DNA of 64,000 nt from Malacoraja senta (Eukaryota): contig CM075992.1 in the NCBI GenBank assembly GCA_038087875.1, positions 9,798,001 to 9,862,000 of the forward strand, given 5' to 3'. The position numbers were made by a program, and so were the translations under genes. Positions 59,225 through 64,000 of this stretch are shown here, piece by piece. The stretch's first letter is position 1, and the number at the start of each line of letters is the position of its first letter. The notes beneath the pieces were generated by a model that did not search any database, was not told the DNA's origin, and worked only from the letters and a program-made list of their open reading frames with translations.

Positions 59225-59772
59225 CATCAGGTCATAAGTGATAGGTGTAGAATTAGGCCATTCGGACCAACAAGTCTACTCCGCCAATCAATCATGGCTG
59301 ATCTATCTCTCCCTCCAAACCCCATTCTCCTGCCTTCTCCCCATAACCTCTGACACCTGTACTGATCAAGAATCTTGCTCTATCTGCCTTAAAAATATCC
59401 ATTGACGTGGCCTCCACAGCCTTCTGTGGCAAAGAATTCCACAGATTCACCACCCTCTGACTAAAGAAATTTCCCCTGATCTCCTTCCTAAAATAACTTT
59501 ATTTAATCTGAGGCTTTGACCTCTGATCCTAGACTCTCCCACCAGTGGAAACATCCTCTCCACACCCACTCTATCCAAGCCTTTCATTATTCTGTATGTT
59601 TCAATTAGGTCCCCCCTCATTCTTCTAAACTACAGCAAGTACAGGCCCAGTGCCAATAAACGCTCATTATATGTCAACCTACCAATTCCTGGGATCATTC
59701 TTGTAAACCTCCTCTGGACCCTCTCCAGAGCCAGCACATCCTTCCTCAGATGCGGTGCCCAAAATTGCTCAT
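59225..59772 (-). mobile_element. CR1-like LINE 3' part
   Basis: homologous to 29973-30520. Confidence 0.82.
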
Positions 59773-60414
59773 TTTTATAGTGGTTCACTCAGTAATGATG
59801 CAGTGATAACTCATTGCCCAGAAACCCATGCCCAGCATGGGTTACACACGCTCGACGGAACTTTGAACCCGTTTACGTCCAACTCAAAGGCAGGAATTTT
59901 TCCACTGCCTGACAGCTGCCTGACAGCGCGGTGAATCCAGGAGAAGGCGGTCAACAATTCACATGGGTGGGGAGCAGGGAACAAAAAAATCCAGAAATAA
60001 CACAGAGTGCAAAAAAAACGATTCATCTGCCCACCAACTAAAAACAGTTTTGCAGTCTGCAATTGAGAGTTTTCAAATGTTTGAATCTCTCCCATCATCC
60101 ACTCAGATCTCATCTGACTGCAAAAGCACAGAAGTGGTTTGGATGTGTCCCAGTACAAACATTCTTGGGTTCGATTAAACTCCATCGTTACCATCAAGAA
60201 GGACTTTATGGCCATTTCCCCATTCAATTATCCTTTATCTCAGAACCTCAATCAGGGAGCAGTGACAGGTTTTCAATCAGTTTACATTATTTTAATAATT
60301 GGGTTATTCAGTTTGTGAAAGATTAAGGGCATTGGTTTGTGGTGTCTTTACAATGTGACATGTATCAGCCTTGATCTAATTACATAGAGGGCAATGGATA
60401 TCTTATTCAATCAC

Positions 60415-60672
60415 AGGGCGCGGAAACAGGCTCTTCGGCCCACTGAGTCTGCGCCGACCAGCAATCCCTACACATTAACACTATCCTATACTCACTAGGG
60501 AAAAATGTTACATTTATACAAACCTGTATGTTTTTGGAGTGTGGGAGGAAATCGATGATCTCGGAGAAAACCTACATTGGTCACGGGGAGAATGCACAAA
60601 CTCCGTAGAGACAGCACCCGTAATCGGGATCGAACCCGCATCCCTGGGGCTGGAAGGCAGCAACTCTATCGC
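60415..60672 (-). mobile_element. HE1/V-SINE-like SINE
   Basis: reverse-complement SINE motifs. Confidence 0.75.
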
Positions 60673-61399
60673 TCTCAGGCAACTTATGTTTATCATCCGA
60701 ATTTTGGCTGTTTAAGAGTTGCCTCGTTCAAATCCAGGTATCTGTTACCAGTTATAAAATTCACCGCAGAATAGAATTGGCTTTCATTTGAAGCATTCAT
60801 TTCTTTTGGTGGCTTGTGCCGTTTAATGTGGGCAATTTCCAATGCGTCCCAATTTGAAGGCAGTGCGTCAGGGCAGGGTTAGCTGCGGGAGGAGTTCCAG
60901 AAGAGCACAGCATCACTTCCCACTGATGATCCCAGCCGAGAGCTTGCAGCCTCTCACAGTGTTGACATTGCTAAAACAGGCAGTGCGTGAAACGTGTAGG
61001 AAGGAACTCCAGAAGACTGGAGGGTGGCAAATATCTGTGGTCGAATGTAGACACAAAATGCTGGAGTAACTCAGCAGGACAGGCAGCATCTCTGGAGAAA
61101 AAGAATAGGTGACATTTTGGGTCACGTTCATATTCATGGCTCATCTATCTCTCCCTCTCAACCCCATTTTCCTGCCTTCTCCCCATAACTCCTGACACCC
61201 ATACTAATCAAGAACCAATCAATCTCCACCTTTAAAATAACCATTGATGGCCTCCATGGCCGTCTGTGGCAATGAATTCCACAGACTCACCTCCTTTCTA
61301 AAGGTACGTCCTTTTATTCTGAGGCTATGGCCTCAGCTCCTGGACTCTCCCACTGGTGGAAACATCTCTCCACATCCAACATCCTTTTCAAGAGAGAGT

Positions 61400-61686
61400 T
61401 AGATTTAGTTAGAAACAGGCCCCTCGCTCCACTGAGTCTCCGACGACCAGCGATCACCCCATACACCACTAGCACTATCCTACACACACCAGGGACAATT
61501 TACAATTTATAGAAGCCAATTAATCTACAAACCTGCATGTCTTTGGAATGTGGGAGGAAATTGGAGCAAATCCATGCAGGTCACGCGGTGAACATACAAA
61601 CTCCATACAGACAGCACCTGTGGACAGGATCGAACCCGGGTCTCTGGCGCTGTAAGGCAGCAACTGTACTGCTGCACCACCGTGCC
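61400..61686 (-). mobile_element. HE1/V-SINE-like SINE
   Basis: reverse-complement SINE motifs. Confidence 0.75.
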
Positions 61687-61904
61687 TCATTATTTGGGAG
61701 AGGATTCTCCTCAGCTCTGACCTGATTTGCTGGTTCATTGATTTAAAAATGCGACTCCAAATTCTAGACCCACATCAGGACGGATCATTATCTCCGCATT
61801 TACGTACTAATAACATGTAGTAATGTTGTGTAAAACACAAAGTCCTCCAGCACTTCTTTTGAGGGAAGGGACTGGTGAAATTTCCGCTTTCCTCTTCTTA
61901 GTAA

Positions 61905-62182
61905 AACTCAGAATTAAAGTGTGCTCTTTTAGAAAGGAGGTGAGGAGGAACTTCTTTAGTCAGAGGGTAGTTAATCTGGGGAACTCATTGTCACAGAGGG
62001 CTGCGGAGGCCAAGTCAGTGGATATTTTTAAGGCAGAGGTAGACACATTCTTGATTAGAATGGGTGTCAAGGGTTACAGGGAGAAGTCAGGAAAATGGGA
62101 TTAGGAGGCAGAAATCAGCCATGTTTGGATGGTGGAGCAGACTGGATGGGCTGAAAGACCTAATTCTATTCCTATAACTTTT
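61905..62182 (+). mobile_element. CR1-like LINE 3' end
   Basis: FRKEVRRNFFSQRVVNL. Confidence 0.8.
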
Positions 62183-62185
62183 GAA

Positions 62186-63590
62186 GACCCTTCTTCAGAT
62201 TGATTGCAGTAAAGGGGAGAAAGCTGGAAAAGAGATTATGGTGAGACAAAGCCTGGCAAGTGATAGGTGGGAGCTGGCAAGTAGTTGAGTCTGAAGAATG
62301 GGGGCAGGATGGTGGGAGAAATGGGTGTGCTCTGGGGTAGGGGAAATGGGAATGGGGGGGTTGGGAAGAGCGGGATGTTACCTGAAATTTGAGAATTCAA
62401 TCATCACACCATTGAGCAGTAAGCTACCCATACAGAATATGAGGTGCTGTTCCTCCAATTTGCATGAGGCTTCACTCTCAACATTCTCACTCACAACATT
62501 CTCAATGGAGACACAAGGAACTTCAGATGATGGAATCTTGCATAAAACACAAAGTGCTGGAGGAAGTCATGTGTCCACACATATTGAATGGACCACACAT
62601 ATTGAAGCAACGACCAAGAAAGCACACCAACGCCTCTATTTCTTTAGAAGGCTTAGGATGTTCGGCATGTCCCCTACAACTCTCACCAACTTCCACAGAT
62701 GCACCATAGAAAGCATTTTCTCAGTATGCATCACACCTTGCTTTGGGAACAGCTCCATCCAAGAGCGCAAGAAATTGTAGCAAATTGTGGACGCAGCCCA
62801 CACCATCACACAAACCAACTTCCCTTCTATTGACTCCATTTATGCCTCACTCTGCCTCGGCAAGACCATCAGCATAATCTAGGATGTGTTGCACCCTGGA
62901 AACTCCCTCTTCTCCCCTCTCTCATCAAGCAAAAGGTACAGAAGCGTGAAAACACACACCTCCAGATTCCGGGACAGTTTGTTCCCAGCTGGTATCAGGC
63001 AACTGAATCATCCTACCAACAACTGCAGAGCAGTCCTGAACTACTATCTACCTCTTTGGTGACCCTCAGACTATCCTTGATCGGACTTTGCTGGCTTTAC
63101 CCTACACCAAACATTATGCCCTTAGAATGTATCTATACACTGTAAATGCCTCGATTTTAATCATGTATTGTCTTTCTGCTGGCTGGTTAGCACGCAACAA
63201 AATCTTTTCACTGTAGGTCGGTACACGTGACAATAAACTAAACTGAAACTGAAACACTCTGGAAATGGGGGAGGCCCAGGGCAGAAAGGTCAGTGTGGGA
63301 ATGAGACCATCTACTGGTCTTTACTTTTGCTGCCCAATGTACAGTGGGAGCTGTCAATACACTAGTTGAGGTTGAAAGAGGTGCATGTGAACCTCCACCT
63401 CAGCTGGAAGAGCTGCTGGAGGCAAGGGAGGGGGTGTAGAGACAGGAAATACATCACCTGCAACAGCAAGGGAATATACTTGTGGTGAGGGTTGTGAGGG
63501 GTCATTCCCTCCACAGATGTTGCCTGACCCATGCAGATCTTCAAGCACTTTGTGTTTCATGCATGATTCCAACATCTGCAGTTCCTTGTG
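62186..63590 (-). mobile_element. Decayed Penelope-like fragment interrupted by a Rex-like LINE
   Basis: AATATGAGGTGCTGTTCCTCCAATTT near 62440 resumes as GAGGCCCAGG near 63270. Confidence 0.6.
62570..63254 (+). mobile_element. Rex1/Babar-like LINE 3' part
   Basis: KKAHQRLYFFRRLRMFGMS...FHRCTIESI; (AAACTG)n tail. Confidence 0.85.
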
Positions 63591-63735
63591 TCGCCATTGA
63601 GAGTGCTGTATGTTTCAATGCAGACCCTGATCATTCATATCAACTTTAAGAAGTATAGGCCCTCTGTGCATCATCCATCGACCCTGGATGTTTAAGTGCT
63701 TCAACTCAATGAGATAATTTTCCTAAAACACAGAG

Positions 63736-64000
63736 CCGGCATGGTGGCGCAGCGGTAGAGTTGCTGCCCTACATCATTAGAGACCCGGTTTCGATCCTGA
63801 CTAACGGTGCTGTCTATATGGAGCATGTACGTTCTCCCCGTGACCTGGGTTTTCTCCGGAAGCCCCTGGGTCCTCCCACACTCCAAAGACTTACAGCTTT
63901 GTAGGTTAATTGGCTTGGTATCATTCTAAATTGTCCCTAGTGTAGGATAGTGTTAGTGTGCGGGGATCACTGGTCAATGCAGACCGGTTGGGCCGAAGGA
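63736..64000 (+). mobile_element. HE1/V-SINE-like SINE, runs off the window end
   Basis: head, B box, core. Confidence 0.8.

Noticed and set aside
59780..60330. ORFs in a non-repeat island
   Set aside because: No recognisable protein or exon structure

Overview
Repeat-dominated vertebrate DNA, not prokaryotic. It is most likely an elasmobranch (skate/ray-like), inferred from abundant HE1-like tRNA/V-SINEs that share their 3' tail with HER1/CR1-type LINEs. No intact host gene is recognisable, only one strong 32-nt exon candidate (47627-47658). Main contents: two degenerate DIRS1-like tyrosine-recombinase retrotransposons with readable ICR/ITR termini (1-1988 +; about 22345-25764 -); a deleted gamma/epsilon-like endogenous retrovirus (about 34232-41079: CpG-rich LTR, tRNA-Pro PBS, 2.1-kb leader, broken gag, 3' LTR remnant); Penelope-like GIY-YIG elements whose terminal repeats carry minimal hammerhead-ribozyme-like cores and often form palindromes; PIF/Harbinger-like MITEs, one enclosing a 1.7-kb fold-back with telomere-like tracts; many CR1, Rex1/Babar, L2, Tx1/L1 and RTE fragments; and an unnamed non-coding GC-core retroposon family. 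All calls were made by eye. Boundaries of decayed repeats are approximate, and family names come from motif recognition, not from database searches.
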